NCBI GenBank assembly: GCA_964016885.1
Contig: OZ024743.1
Location: forward strand, 49,352,001-49,416,000
DNA length: 64,000 nt
Direction of reading: 5' to 3'
Source: Eledone cirrhosa
Lineage: Eukaryota
The stretch's first letter is position 1. Each line of letters opens with the position of its first letter. Of the stretch, positions 27,552 through 40,648 are shown piece after piece. The translations under genes and the position numbers were made by a program. Below the pieces are notes generated by a model. It saw only the letters and a program-made list of their open reading frames with translations. It was not told the DNA's origin and did no database searches.

Positions 27552-27769
27552 TTAATCCTTTAGCATTTAAACCGGCCGTATCCGGCCAGAATTCTCTCAC
27601 CTCTTTCTGTTTAAACTGGCCCCTCATATTGATGTTAAGGTATTGTTCTCAAAATAAATGATATCAAAATCTCAAAGACTCGATATTATGCGAGATATTA
27701 TGTAAGATAAAGCCTTTACCATGAAAATACAATAGTATATATAGAGTAATGTAAACGGTAAAGGGTTAA
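27552..27769 (+). mobile_element. piggyBac-type MITE
   Basis: TTAA..CCTTTAGCATTTA...TAAACGGTAAAGGG-TTAA; homologous to 12419-12638. Confidence 0.85.
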
Positions 27770-28762
27770 CTTGGAGAACTCAGATGTCCCTTGCCACTCA
27801 CTTTAGGAAATACCAGTTTACTGTAATTGCTGTCTGGACTCTTTCAATTAAGGCACAATGTATAATGAGACCATTTATTTTGCAAACCTGCAAATGTAAA
27901 TAACAACTGGACTAAAAACCAGTTTTAGCTGCATTTTTCAACTTTTGTGATAGTTTACTCTAATAGTTATGGTGTTTAGGTGCAGAGGGAGGGGCTGGAT
28001 TATTGAAATATTTCTTATCTCTCTCTATTTTTAATGGTATGTTGTCATCATTTTTCAAAATTAGAACAGAAATGTGACCCTGGTGACCCTTTGTTGATTT
28101 AGGTGGTCTTGGTGGTGGTACATAACTAGTAGAAACTGTTGTAGTAGTGGTCAAAGGGACAAAAGGGATAAACAATATAGTTCAGTGGTTGTTGTATTTT
28201 GGTGTATAAGTCCCTGTTGTGTATCGGAGTCTATTGTATAAGGGTCTCTGTTGTGTATGGGTCCCTATAGTGTATGGGAGTCTGTGGTGTATGGGTCCCT
28301 ATAGTGTATGGGAGTCTGTGGTGTATGGGTATCTATGGACAAGACTGTGTATATAACAACAACATCTCAGGTATGTTGCGTACAGTATTGATATATATAT
28401 ATAGCAACAACATCTCAGGTATGTTGTGTACAGTATTCTAGTGAAATTAACATTTCTATCTTGTGTAATGTGTAGAATTTGTTAAGAAGTCATCAATGCT
28501 GCCATCTGAGGATATTCATTGAAAAACATCTATCAACATCTAGAACTGATCTCAGATTTATTTTACATTTCTTCTTCATGTCTTATTTCTTCTGTCTCTG
28601 AATATATTCATTGGATTTTATTAAAATAAAAAACAAACAAAAGCAGATGTTTGATGAAAGACATCCATTATATGAAATCATAGAGAGACTGCCCCCCCCC
28701 CCCCCCCCCCCGGATAGTTTTCTGATATATATATATATATATTTATTAAAATAACAGACTAA

Positions 28763-28813
28763 AGTTTCAGCAAAGAATTGCTGCTTTCACCCTTAACGGG
28801 ATCTTCTGAAACT
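28763..28813 (-). ncRNA. Degenerate type I hammerhead ribozyme
   Basis: AGTTT-CAGAAGA-t.CCC gttaa GGG.t-GAAA-GCA..TGC-TG^AAACT. All three stems pair but two core positions are mutated. Followed by AATAAA and (TA)n. Confidence 0.55.
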
Positions 28814-28892
28814 AAAAAAAAAACAATCTGTGAACGCAGAAGTAAATATTTCAAAGAATGTTGCAACCGAAGGAAATCAGGAAGACGATACT

Positions 28893-29522
28893 TTGGTTCG
28901 TGAAGACGTTCCCTGGCAATGAACGGAAAAAAGCTAAGATAATACGTCGTTATGTGGAACGATGAGAACAATTACATGCAAAGACAAAACCACGTTTATG
29001 GTGTAAATTAATAGAACGAAAATGGCAGAGGTGCCATTTTTGTTCTACTAATTTATTTACATTATTCTTTGTGGATTGGCAGTATCGGTAGAGAGTCGGA
29101 CGCCATGCTTTCCAGCATAGTTACGTCCTCCCTTTACGGTCTGAGTTCAACTCCCGCCGAGGTTAACTTTGCCTTTCATCCCTATGGGGGTCGATAAAAT
29201 AAAGTACCAGTAATGTACTGGGTAATTGATGGCCTTGTGCCAAAAGTAGAAACAATTATTCTTAACTCTGAAGCCGAGAACCATATGGTTTCCTAAATAG
29301 AATATTAGTCTACGACTTCATTTACACCATAAATGTGGTTTTGTCTTTGTGTGTAATTGTTCTTATCGCTCCACATAATGACGTATTATCTTTGTTGTTT
29401 TTCCGGCCATTGCCAGGGAACGTCTCCATGAACCACCTAAATAGAATATTAATCTACGACTTCATTTACACCATAAACGTGGTTTTGTCTTTGCGTGTAA
29501 TTGTTCTCATCACTCCACATAA
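28893..29522. repeat. Imperfect inverted and direct duplication
   Basis: 28893-29007 is inverted at 29320-29435; 29293-29378 is repeated at 29436-29522; hairpin at 29004-29054. Confidence 0.8.
29071..29262 (+). mobile_element. SINE family 1 with TSD ATTATTCTT
   Basis: A box, B box, core and flanking duplication. Confidence 0.9.
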
Positions 29523-29709
29523 CCCTGGTTTTCATCAGCTATCAAGTACTTCAATGGAGCCTTTCTTGTATTGAAAAGAGTTTATATCACAGGTGCTCTA
29601 GCTACTAACTACTCTTGTGTATCTTCCACACACGAAATCTCTTTTCTCATTTCCTGCTACATCTGATAATTTTAATGATCCTTGCTTGTGTAATTCTAAA
29701 TTAATTTTG

Positions 29710-30070
29710 TGCAGTGGCGTCACGCAGTAATACAGGGTACCCGACCTCCCATGGGTACATGCTGAAGCATATAAACAATATGCCCCCACTCCCCCCACCG
29801 CAAGGTGGTCGTGGAGGTGCCACGGCAAAAAAGCACCCAGCCCACACTGTAAAGTGGACGTGTAGGCGCCACGAAAAAGCACCCAGCACTCACTGTAAAT
29901 GAGGTTGGTGTTAGGAAGGGCATCCAGCTGTAGAAATCAAGCCAGATCAGTTCCTGTATGAGCAAGGCATGGTCAGCCGACCAGACACTGCCCACAACAG
30001 GACAACCCGTCTAACCCATGCTAGCGTGGAAGAACGGACGTAAAACGGTGATGATGATGATGATGATGAT
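29710..30070 (+). mobile_element. RTE-type 3' UTR element ending in (GAT)n
   Basis: Near-identical to the reverse complement of 1125-1460. Confidence 0.85.
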
Positions 30071-31112
30071 CTACCATCTCCTATGCACCCAAGGTTCACA
30101 ATAACTGCACTGAATGAAGTTTCTATCTAATCCTTTTTTTGAAAATTGAGCATGGTTATTCCCCAGATTGTAGCATGATCCTCTTTTTGTTACTTAAGAT
30201 TTTTTTGTTTTTTTGTTAAGCCTTTGAATTTTGTATTTTGGAATTTCTTCTCTAGATCTTCCATAGATTTGGCTACAAGCACTAGGTCAATAGCATACAC
30301 ATACACAGATGTGCATTCACTCAACCTCCCATCCACACACGCACACACACACGCGATCATTTATGAATCATATCTGTCCTTATAATGAACAAAAATAAAC
30401 TACTTTTTGTCAAATTCTTTGTGTGTGTGTGTGTGTATGTGTAGACACACACATACATACACACACAATCACACACATGATTGTATACACATACACATGC
30501 AAGTACACACACACACACACACACACATTTGTGTGTGCGTGTATGATTATGTATGTGTTTATTTGAAGAAAGAAGCAGTAGGATACGCTTTGTTGAACAA
30601 ATCCTGAAGATGACACAATAGGTTAGTTTCCAAACCGTTAGTCTTATTCTTGCTGAGGATAATAGGCCGAAGAATCTGAACTATTGATCTATTCCACTAG
30701 CAAGAACAGCTATATCAAAAAATATTGGTCTGGCATTGGAATCTTGTTTTATTGATTAGTCTTTGATAGACTTGTGTCGACACTGGCACACAATACCATT
30801 AATTTTGACTGTAGTCTACTACTGCAGAGTTTCTGATATACTGATTATAATCCCTGTCTTGAGATGTTGAGGGTAGTGGCAAGGAGGAGGAGAGTGAAGT
30901 TAGACCTCTGTGTCTCTAATGCCAATAACATGGAAGACTTCAATTGATTTGACTTCCTCAGTGTTGTGCCCTACTTTCAACATCTAAAGTGATAACTGTG
31001 TCATTGGCTAAAGTAACAAGAAGAAAAAGCAGACAAAGTTTCTATGGCTATGAATGGGGTTAATTGGTATAATTGAAAGGAAAGTGGATTGTAATGGAGA
31101 GATGAATAATAA

Positions 31113-31210
31113 TAATTGTTTCTACTTTTGGCACAAGGCCAGCAAATTATCCAGTGCATTACTGGTACTTTTATTTTATCGACCCCGTAAGGATGAAAGG
31201 CAAAGTTAAT
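31113..31210 (-). mobile_element. SINE family 1, 3' half
   Basis: Reverse complement of the core and tail. Confidence 0.85.
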
Positions 31211-31579
31211 TAATGGTCTTTGTGTTGTTAAAGGTAAATCCTTTTTAGTGAGATGGAAGAGAGCAGAGTAGTAGTGAACGAACAGACTATAGAATTTTCT
31301 AGACTGGCTTCTTGTATTGTTATTTCCTGGTGATTTTCTAGTATAGTCACTTGACATGATATTAGCCGTGTTAGCTGGAGTTCATGGTGTCACTGTGTCT
31401 CCCTCTAGTGGTCAGATCTCATTAACAATCATGTGACTTGCAACACTCAAATCTAAATGGATCTCCGTCAGTTTCAGCGATGAGTATTCCAGTCCTCCAA
31501 TCAGCAGAATAGCTTGCTTATTAAATTAAAATGCCATTGGTTGAATATGGCACAGGCACATGTAACCTTAATGTAATTC

Positions 31580-32805
31580 TTCTATAAGGTGCACACAACG
31601 TAATTTGTGGGCGCACAAGAAATGTAGTGGGATTGCAGCTAGGCTAACGGAAAAGATAGACTTTATATGCAGCTGGTGCATAGGAGAAGTAAGCATGAAG
31701 AGCACACGTGAAATAGATTCCCCCAGCTGCCATGGCAGCTCCAAAGAAGTTGTTAACAAAGGGCTTCTCTCTCAGAGTGAAGGGTAGACTGTATAATGCC
31801 TGTGTTCCAACTGCAATACTACATGGCAGGGAAACACAGGCCTTGACAGCAGAAGACCTGCAGAGGCTAGAAAGAAATGAGTCAAGTATGCTCTAATGGA
31901 TGTTTAATGTTAGTGTGCAGGAGCAACATAGTATAAAGAAACTGAAGGAAAAATTTGGCACAAGAGGAATTGGATGTAGGGTACAAGAGAGAAGACTGCA
32001 TTGGTATGGACATGTGATGAACATGGAAGATAACAGCTGCATAAAGAAATGCAGAGAAACCCCAGTGGCTGGGACCCATCAAAGAGGCTGACCCAGGAAG
32101 ACATGGGATAACGTTGTGAAGACTGATCTTAAAAAACTAAACCTCATAACAGAAATGACGAAAGACCGCGAGGGCTGGTGCTATTCAGTGCTGAAGAAGA
32201 CCCGACCTACAGCATACAATGTGACCTGACCAATCCCCATGTCCCCTCTTCCACTAGCACTCACAGCTACTCCCAACATCACTACACCATCCTATGTCCC
32301 CACTCACTCTTAGCCACTGCCTCCATAAAAAGTTTCCAGTCTCTAGATTCTTTTGCCATCATACTCCAGAAACCACACACCTCACTCTTATACACCCACT
32401 CACTCCTATCCTCCTCCATTAGCACTCCCTAACAGCTATCCTCACCATCATTATATGTCCTCTTCTGTATTCATCCCTTAGCTATGGTCTTCCCCCCTAA
32501 AACCCTTAGGTACCCTCATTATCGCAGCCTAGTAGCTTCTCCCTGTACATGCTGTAATATGATTGGTGATAAGAAGGACATCCAGCCATAGAACGATTAC
32601 TAAATAAAATGGTGCAGGTACCCTCAGTTGTGTCAAAGTTATGACAACCTCTCCTGTGTACTCCATAGATCATGGGACCTTACATAAGCATGATGCAGAT
32701 CCCTGGCCTGTCTGGGAGATCTGTAGCCCTGCTTCAGTACTGACTTGGTCTATGTAGACTTGTCCAACTTTTTCTAGCAGGGAAAGTAGATGTTAAAACG
32801 ATAAT
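31580..32805 (+). mobile_element. RTE-clade LINE, subfamily C, decayed, with a long 3' UTR
   Basis: WAHKKCSGI...FICSWC, RLYNACV, ERRLHWYGHV; 3' UTR with AAGAAGGACATCCAGCC and terminal CTAGCAGGGAAAGTAGATGTTAAAACGAT. Confidence 0.85.
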
Positions 32806-32992
32806 TGTTTCTACTTTTGGCACAAGGCCAGCAATTATCCAGTACATTACTGGTACTTTATTTTATCGACCCCATAAGGATGAAAGGCAAAGTTAACCTC
32901 GGCGGGATTTGAACTCAGAATGGCAAGGGCCGTAACTCTATGCGTCAAAGCATGGCGTCCAACCCTCTACCGATACTGCCAATTCACCGCCC
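32803..32992 (-). mobile_element. SINE family 1 inserted in the RTE tail, 17 bp TSD
   Basis: GATGTTAAAACGATAAT at 32789-32805 and 32996-33012. Confidence 0.92.
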
Positions 32993-34329
32993 TATGATGT
33001 TAAAACGATAATGATGATTTATATGTAATAGATAAACACACAAATACATTATTTTTGTTCATTTGATATTCTTATACTCCATATCAGTTCCCATGGCACC
33101 CCTTCTGTAAATCAAATGTTTTCTACCATTCCTTGATCTAACCCTTTGTTATGTTAATGTATTCATGATATATATATAAACTCCATAGATCTATTGTTAG
33201 TTACAACATAAAAGGCTGTTTTATCCAACCCGCTTCTCTACATATAGTGTAGTATTTTCCTATATCCCACTCTATCTACGTCACTTGTGCCCATGGCAAC
33301 AGGGAATCACGATATTCCACACAACTTTCTCAACTTTTATTGTACAATAGATAATGCTGCTGCTGCTGCAATATTCCTGTTATATATATCTTATGTTCTC
33401 ATTAACTAATTTATTAATTATTTCTAGTTATCAACAAAGACTTCAATTTCAACTTCACTAAGGTATCAACTATATCTCTGTTCAGTGTTCTGGGCAAATA
33501 TGTCGCTTGTTAAGTGCGCAGGAAGAGAAATAGTTAATGCTTTTTTGTGGTTCTTAAAAAAAAAAAATCAATTATTACTGCTTTTAACACTCATACTACC
33601 ACATCACTACTACTACCAAGAATCACTACTAACAACATCATCACCACAATAATAATCACTATCACCACAACAACTACAAACAAATCTACTACTATTACAA
33701 TTGCTTCTGACATCATTACTTCCTGTTTATGTCTATGACGTCATCACTTTCTGTTGCTGTTGTCTCTGACGTCATCACTTTCTTTTGCTGTTGTCTCTGA
33801 CATCACTTTTATTGCTGTTGTCATCTAACAAATGTTTCAGTAGAATCCACAGTTACTACCCTTTCCTTGTATATTTTCTGTGGGGTCTTTATTATATCAG
33901 GATGGCCCTTAATAATTAAGGGTATATTTTGGTGTTAATGTTCATCATTTCTGGGTTGGCATGGTTACCTTACTGCCTATTTTCTCTTCAATAGAATCAC
34001 TAGTTCAATCATGTATATGAAATAAGCAAACTCTTTGCTCTCATGTATATAGTTTATATTAATGTTTAATGTACCATGCCTACTTGTATATTCTGTACAC
34101 CATTGATGTGTTGCACCCATTTGTTTTTTTATTTACACTTCAGTTTTCTTTGACCTGTACATAAGTCCATGAATACTGTTAACTTCACTTGCAAATAAAA
34201 ACATTTAGTTTAAATAATCAGTTTAAACATTGCTTTTAATTACTCATTCCTGGTTGACTATAATATATGCAACATCTAACGGACATTGAGATTACAGCTC
34301 GGCAATAGAGAACTGTATATATATATGTT

Positions 34330-34810
34330 TTCATCATCATCATCATCATATCTGCTTTTTTATGCTTGCATGGATTAGACATGTCTTATTCAGTAGAGTA
34401 TTTCTCCATTTGTTTCTTTCTTTTGTCAACTGTTTCAAGAGGTTCAGTATCCTGTGATCTGCTTTCACCACCTTTGTCCCAGTCTTTCTTGGTCTACAAC
34501 ATATTCCTACCACTTGGTTCTACTGATACTTCATCACCTAACAATCTTCATCCATACACATTACATTTCTGTACCAGTGCAATCTTCTCTCTTGCATGCT
34601 ACATATCATTCTTTTTATATACAGTTTTCTCTCAACCCATCTTTCTTTCATCATTCATGTACACTAACTATCATTGCACATTCAACAGAGCATGTTCAAT
34701 TCATTTCTTACTATCCTTCACATTCAGTAACCATGTCTCACAACCATACACTTTGTCAGTCTATTGCTAATTCAGTACTCGCATCTCACAACCATACACC
34801 TTGTCAGTCT
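34330..34810 (-). mobile_element. Old RTE 3' fragment
   Basis: Reverse strand YGCETWLLNVK...RNELNML; terminal CCATGCAAGCAT and (GAT)n. Confidence 0.65.
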
Positions 34811-35264
34811 ATTGCCTATTCAGTACAAATAATCTCATGTCTCACAACAAAGTAGTGAAACATGGGTATGAAATAGTTTTAGTTGATGTCAATATTCAGA
34901 CATTGGGTTATCATATAAAAAGATTATTGTAGACATGGCTAAATGTCAACTGTTTTCTTGATGCTTGTTATTACAGCCACCTCACTGTCTGGTAATTATA
35001 ACCAATTAATTGTTGATATTTCCTGAAAACTTTTAGTCCTTTATCTTACTTTTATATCTAAACTATTTCTGATTTCTATTCACACCATAAGTTTGGGTTA
35101 CACTATCATACCAGTTAACTGGTGCATTATATTATCTCTTCCTTGTGTCTTACATCCGTCCTTTAATTATTTTTTTATTTTCTGTACCCAGTAGTTTGGT
35201 TTTTCTTAAATATTCTTAATTCAGAATGTATGATAATCATAATTATGATATTAAATGGAACACA

Positions 35265-35410
35265 ATATGTCTGAATGGTTAAGAAGTTCACTTTATAATC
35301 TTGAAGTTTTGGGTTCATTCTTAATGTGTGTCATCTTGGGCGGCATGTGTCTTTTGGGTCGACCCAAGTCTTGTAAGAGAAACTGATTTGTCAGAAATTA
35401 TTTGGAAGCT
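35265..35410 (+). mobile_element. SINE family 2, degenerate
   Basis: TGGTTAAGAAGTTCACTT..GGTTCA..CTTGGGC..GACC.A..CTTGT; similar to 38500, 40040 and 59785. Confidence 0.6.
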
Positions 35411-35679
35411 CATTGGATGGTCTGCACATGTAATTTAAAAGGTCTTTTCATTCACTTTTAATGAGTAGGTTGTTCTATTGACAGAACAACAATGACACTT
35501 ATTGTTGAATTGTTGACACTAATGGAGGTCCATTTACCTATTTAAAAAAAAATGGAAGTGTGGTTTAAAAAGTTTAAGGATAGGATCATTGGTCAGGTTT
35601 TACAGGCAAAGCTAACCAACAAGCGACCCAGTGATTGACCACAAGGAAGATGTTTGGATAACAACTATAAGATGTTATG

Positions 35680-36150
35680 TTTTATTATTATAAAATTATT
35701 AACCATCTTACCAACAACAACCCTCAGCACCTTTTTGGCTTCCATGTGTCTAACACATGTGGGCATGCCAACAAAGTCAGAAAACAGCACAGCTTCCATA
35801 ACTTTCGGAAACATTTTTTCACACTCAGAGTTGCTGAAGCATGGAACACACTACCTGCATCAGTTATTAGCTGTCGAGACACTGCATCCTTTAAAACCTC
35901 CATGGAACAAACTCCCTGCATCAGTTGTTAGCTGTCGAGACACTGCATCCATTAAAACCTCCATGCTTCCTGAGATTCGCCAACACTACACCTAATATTC
36001 TCCCTCCATATACACGCACACATGTATATCATGGCTCATACACTATTCACTTCCCTGACATTTGTATATTATTCTATGTACTATACATGCACCATTGATG
36101 AGTTGTAGTGCACCTGAGCACTGTACACAATAATTTCATTATTATTATTA
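35680..36150 (+). mobile_element. CR1-clade LINE 3' end with internal tandem duplication of about 60 bp
   Basis: YKIIN...TCGH..KV...FRKHFFTLRVAEAWNTLPASVI...SFK, a typical CR1 ORF2 C-terminus; (ATT)n tail. Confidence 0.85.
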
Positions 36151-36277
36151 AGATTGGTTAGTCTCATGTGGGGATTCAGCCAGATCATTTGGAAATGGTT
36201 ACTTTTGATATGACCCTCTGGAAGGCATGTGTGAGAACTCTACCCCAGTAGCCCAGGAATATGTGAGCATGTAACAG

Positions 36278-36410
36278 TAAATTGGCAGAGTTGCTAGAGC
36301 ATCAAATTAAATGTCTTGTATTTGTTCCAGGTCTCTGAACTCTTGAGTTCAGATCCTACTATGGTCAAGTTTGGCTTTCATTTTTTCAGGTTGATAAATA
36401 TAATACAGAC
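36278..36410 (+). mobile_element. SINE family 1, degenerate
   Basis: TTGGCAGAG..GAGTTCAGATCC..CTTTCAT..GATAAA. Confidence 0.55.
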
Positions 36411-36491
36411 TTAATTAAATTATCGAATGAGTGAGGAAACGACCGAAGCTGTGTCTATTCTATTCGATAAGCTTCGTCCTATCATTACAGA

Positions 36492-36694
36492 CACAGTGAA
36501 AAGGCTTCCAGTCCATACTGTAAATGTGGTTGGTGTTAGGAAGGGCATCCAGCTGTAAAAAAAACCTGCCAGAGATGCTTCCGTGCGAGTGAGACATGGT
36601 CTCCTGATCATTCCCGCATCAAATGAAACAAAACCGTCTAACCCATGCTAGGGTGGAAGATGGACGTTAAACGATGATGATGATGATGATGATG

Positions 36695-36697
<3 letters not shown>
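36492..36697 (+). mobile_element. RTE-type 3' end
   Basis: GGTGTTAGGAAGGGCATCCAGC ... AACCCATGCTAG..GGACGTTAAACGATGATG. Confidence 0.8.
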
Positions 36698-36730
<33 letters not shown>

Positions 36731-36732
36731 CA

Positions 36733-37835
36733 TCATCACATAACACTGCAGATAGCCATCACATTACACTACAGATAGCCATCACATTAGACTGCAGATA
36801 GCCATCACACCACACTGCAGATAGCCACCGCATTAGACTGCAGATAGCGATCACATTACACTGCAGATAGCCATCACATTAGACTGCAGATAGCCATCAC
36901 ATTACACCGCAGATAGCCATCACACCATACTGCAGATAGCCATCACATTACACTGCAGATAGCCATCACATTACACTGCAGATAGCCATCACATTACACT
37001 GCTGATAGCCATCACATTACACTGCAGATAGCCATCACATTACTCTGCAGATAGCCATCACATTACTCTGCAGATAGCCATCACATTACACTGGAGATAG
37101 CCATTACTTTGTACTGTAGATAGGCATCACATTACACTGCAGATAGCCATCACATTACACTGCAGATAGCCATCACATCACACTGCAGATAGCCATCACA
37201 CCATACTGCAGATAGCCATCACATTACACTGCAGATAGCCATCACATTACACTGCAGATAGCCATCACATCACACTGCAGATAGCCATCACATTACACTG
37301 CAGATAGCCATCACATTACACTGTAGATAGCCATCACATTACACTGCAGATAGCCATCACATTACACTGCAGATAGCCATCACATCACACTGCAGATAGC
37401 CATCACATTACACTGCAGATAGCCATCACTTTGTACTGTAGATAGCCATCACATTACACTGCAGATAGCCATCACATTACACTGCAGATAGCCATCACAT
37501 TACACTGCAGATAGCCATAACATTACACTGCAGATAGCCATCACATTACATTGCAGATAGCCATCACATCACACTGCAGATAGCCATCACATCACACTGC
37601 AGATAGCCATCACATCACACTGCAGATAGCCATCACATTACACTGCAGATAGCCATCACATCACACTGCAGATAGCCATCACATTACACTGCAGATAGCC
37701 ATCACATCACACTGCAGATAGCCATCACATTACACTGCAGATAGCCATCACATTACACTGCAGATAGCCATCACTTTGTACTGTAGATAGCCATCACATT
37801 ACACTGCAGATAGCCATCACTTTGTACTGTAGATA
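36733..37835. repeat. Minisatellite, 23 bp unit
   Basis: About 47 copies of CATTACACTGCAGATAGCCATCA. Confidence 0.96.
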
Positions 37836-38250
37836 ACATAAATTAGAAGTAAAAGAAGTCAGTGCTTTGGTTCTTCAAACAACAGTTTATCTTACCTTTC
37901 ACTGGCTGCTATGGTGTGGAAGAATTAATCAGAAAATAATGGCTTCTAATGCATTCCTCTATTGATTACACATTTGTGTATAGTAGATAGATAAACAGGC
38001 TGCTTAGCTGGCTCAACTCCATAAATATTTATCTATTTAATGTTCAAATTGCATCTGTACACTTTCCTATATTAATATAATTTAGTAATATTTTCACAAG
38101 TGAACCTGCCATTATGACTATAGTTATAGTGTATCAACTATAGCAAGAATTATAAAGCTTTTCTGATTAAACAAATTAAATAACAGCTTCACTATTGATG
38201 TGTTGATGTGTTATATTTCATTTTCAAAACTAATTCACTTTGTCCATTAT

Positions 38251-38457
38251 AATGATTTCTGATTTACGCACAAGGACAGTAACTTTAGGGAAGGAAAAAT
38301 TGATTAAATTTACCTCAGTACTGGAATTTTATTTTATAGACCACAGAAGGATGAAAGGCAAAGCTGACCTTAGTGAGATTTGAACTCAACAATGTAAAGA
38401 GCCAGAAGAAATGCCACAAAACAGTTTGGCCGATTCTCTAACAATTCTGCCAATTCA
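38251..38457 (-). mobile_element. SINE family 1, older copy
   Basis: AGGATGAAAGGCAAAG..GATTTGAACTC. Confidence 0.7.
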
Positions 38458-38499
38458 ACACTCTGTCCATTATAATATAGTATATATTTAAACAGTAAT

Positions 38500-38642
38500 A
38501 GGTATAGGATTGACTGTATATTAAGAAGTTTGCTTTACAGCCACAGTTTCAGGTTCAATACTACTGTCTTCTACTATAATAGCCTTGGGCCAATCAATAC
38601 TTTTTGAGTGAAATTTGGTAGATGGAAAAATTACAGAAGCTT
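38500..38642 (+). mobile_element. SINE family 2
   Basis: TTAAGAAGTTTGCTT..CAGGTTCAA..CTTCTACTATA..TGAGTGAAATTTGGTAGATGGAAA. Confidence 0.65.
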
Positions 38643-39764
38643 GATATCTCTCTCTCTCCATGATAATGCTGCATGATAATGCTGCATGTGTGCAGCAACA
38701 CTATTTAAAGCAAACATTGACATGTCCTATGTAAACAATCTCATTAAAAGTATGGTTTAATGTTAGGAAGGGCATCCAGCTGTCAAAAAATGTAAAGCAG
38801 TTGCTGATTTGTGTAGAAAGTTACATAAATAATAGTAGATATCAAGAGTGTGGCAGAATGGAATACTGAACTGTCAGGATATAGAGAAATATCTGGAATT
38901 TGGCGGTGTGATGGTGGGATATAATCAAACATTATCTGAACCTGGAAGCTTGAGAGATTCTAACTGTTAACAAACTGGATAATTTCCAATGTTTTTTTTT
39001 CTGCACATATTGATTTTGAAGTGTTTAAGCAGCACATAAACTCTATTAGTCACACTCATTTGTGACTAAAGCCTGCAAAGTCAAGGGTCCTACCCCTTCC
39101 TCATGACTAAACAATAAATATGTTTGCTATCATGTTTAAGATCAAGAACTGTGGGGGGTCAAAGGTCATTTGGTGACCCCTATTTCATGCTAAGTTTACA
39201 ATGGAGAAAGCAAATATTTTGACATCTAGTATATATATATATCTTGTGTGTGTAACATGAGTAAAAGCTTTCTTTCTTGTAGAAAAATATAAGAAATAAA
39301 ATGTTTAATTTTGGTTTTCTATCCTTTATATATTCATACACCCCTCCTTTCAATAAATACATGATGTGATATATATTTATTCCTCTATTGTTACTCCAAT
39401 ACCTTATTCTAGTTACAGGTAACTAGAATAGATTGTTTGTCTTTTCTGTTTCTTAGTTTTTTGCCATATTTTTTTCTATCAATGTATTTTCTGTTGCTTC
39501 ATTGAAATACACTCTATTTTAATTAATTAGAGATGAATTTTGAGGGATTATTAATTATTTCATTAGTAAAATAGTAACTTAATGTAAGGTTCTTATATAA
39601 AATTATGTTGGAAGATTTTAATTTAAATTGGAAACCTTTAAAATGGTTGGTTTTATTTCATAAAACCAGAGCTGGTTTTGGCTGGGTTGGTAACTAAAGA
39701 GTTAGTGTAAGGGCTGTAATCAACAGATGTGAGTGTGGGACTATGAAACATATACATATACACC

Positions 39765-40010
39765 AGCTCTGAACACAAAGGAATCAAACGCCCACTGCCA
39801 TTGCCACCATCGCTCCCGCTCTCCCCATCACCCACTCTTATGAGGAAATGGGGGCCCACGCGCTGGCCATCCCATGGTAGACAGAATAGAGAAAGCGTTT
39901 CCCTGGAGGATGGTGAGGGAAATGCGCTGCAAAAGCCATTCCAGCTCGCGAGGATCATATCTGCTGGTAGCCAACTCTGTGTCATAGGGAGGTGACCCCA
40001 GAGCTAAGCA
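39765..40010 (-). mobile_element. CRE-like (restriction-like endonuclease) non-LTR retrotransposon C-terminal fragment
   Basis: ELATSRYDPRELEWLLQRISLTILQGNAFSIL resembles the DPRE..L.QR.S..[IV]Q.GNA C-terminal motif of CRE-clade elements. Confidence 0.65.
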
Positions 40011-40039
40011 CATAAACTTTGATTTGAGATTAGATGTAT

Positions 40040-40190
40040 AGGTGCAGGCATGGCCATATGGCTAAGAAGTTCACTTTGCTACCATATGGTTTCAGGTTTT
40101 GCCCAACTATATGACACCATGGGCAATTGTCTTTTACTATAACCTCAGGCTGACCAATGCCTTGTAAGTAGAATTGGTAGCTGGAGGATC
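40040..40190 (+). mobile_element. SINE family 2
   Basis: GGCATGGC..TGGCTAAGAAGTTCAC..GGGCAA..TGACCAATGCCTTGT..TTGGTAG. Confidence 0.7.
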
Positions 40191-40648
40191 CTGAAATGGT
40201 TTGTGGGCACTACCTTTCTCTCCATGACATACAAGGTTTACACAGTTACATAGACAAACATGGTATTCAGAGAAAATGAAATAAATAAACTGATGATGAT
40301 GATTAGAACTTATTGAGAGCTTTTCAATTCTCTAGACACATACAACTTGTATTGTATTAACACCACACCCTACTAGCATTTGTGTGTGTATGAGTGAGTG
40401 TGTATGTATACATGTAAGTTAATGTCTTCCATTGACATTGTTTCCCCTCCTACTTCCAACATAAAGTAACTTCAGAGAACTTTCCTTGTAGTTTCATGTG
40501 ATTCCACAATTGGATTAGCTTTACTTTCACAACACTTTGACTCCTCAGTAATTATACCATGCTGTCTCCCCAATAGATACACAATGGAAGAGTCATTTAA
40601 GCCATTCAAAAATACATAAAAGCTATTATATACATTTTTTTGTCTTTG

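Noticed and set aside
28895-28940. GTGAAGA-CGTTC..GAACG-GAAA, hammerhead-like on the plus strand
   Set aside because: Core is mutated, stems I and III are absent, and the inverted copy does not support it.
30598-30650. CTGAAGA...CAAACCGTTAGTC, possible hammerhead
   Set aside because: GAAA is missing and stems I and II pair poorly; at most a very old remnant.
33428-33462. Possible 35 nt micro-exon (TAG|...AAG|GTATC)
   Set aside because: Such AG/GT pairs are common by chance, and there is no other support.
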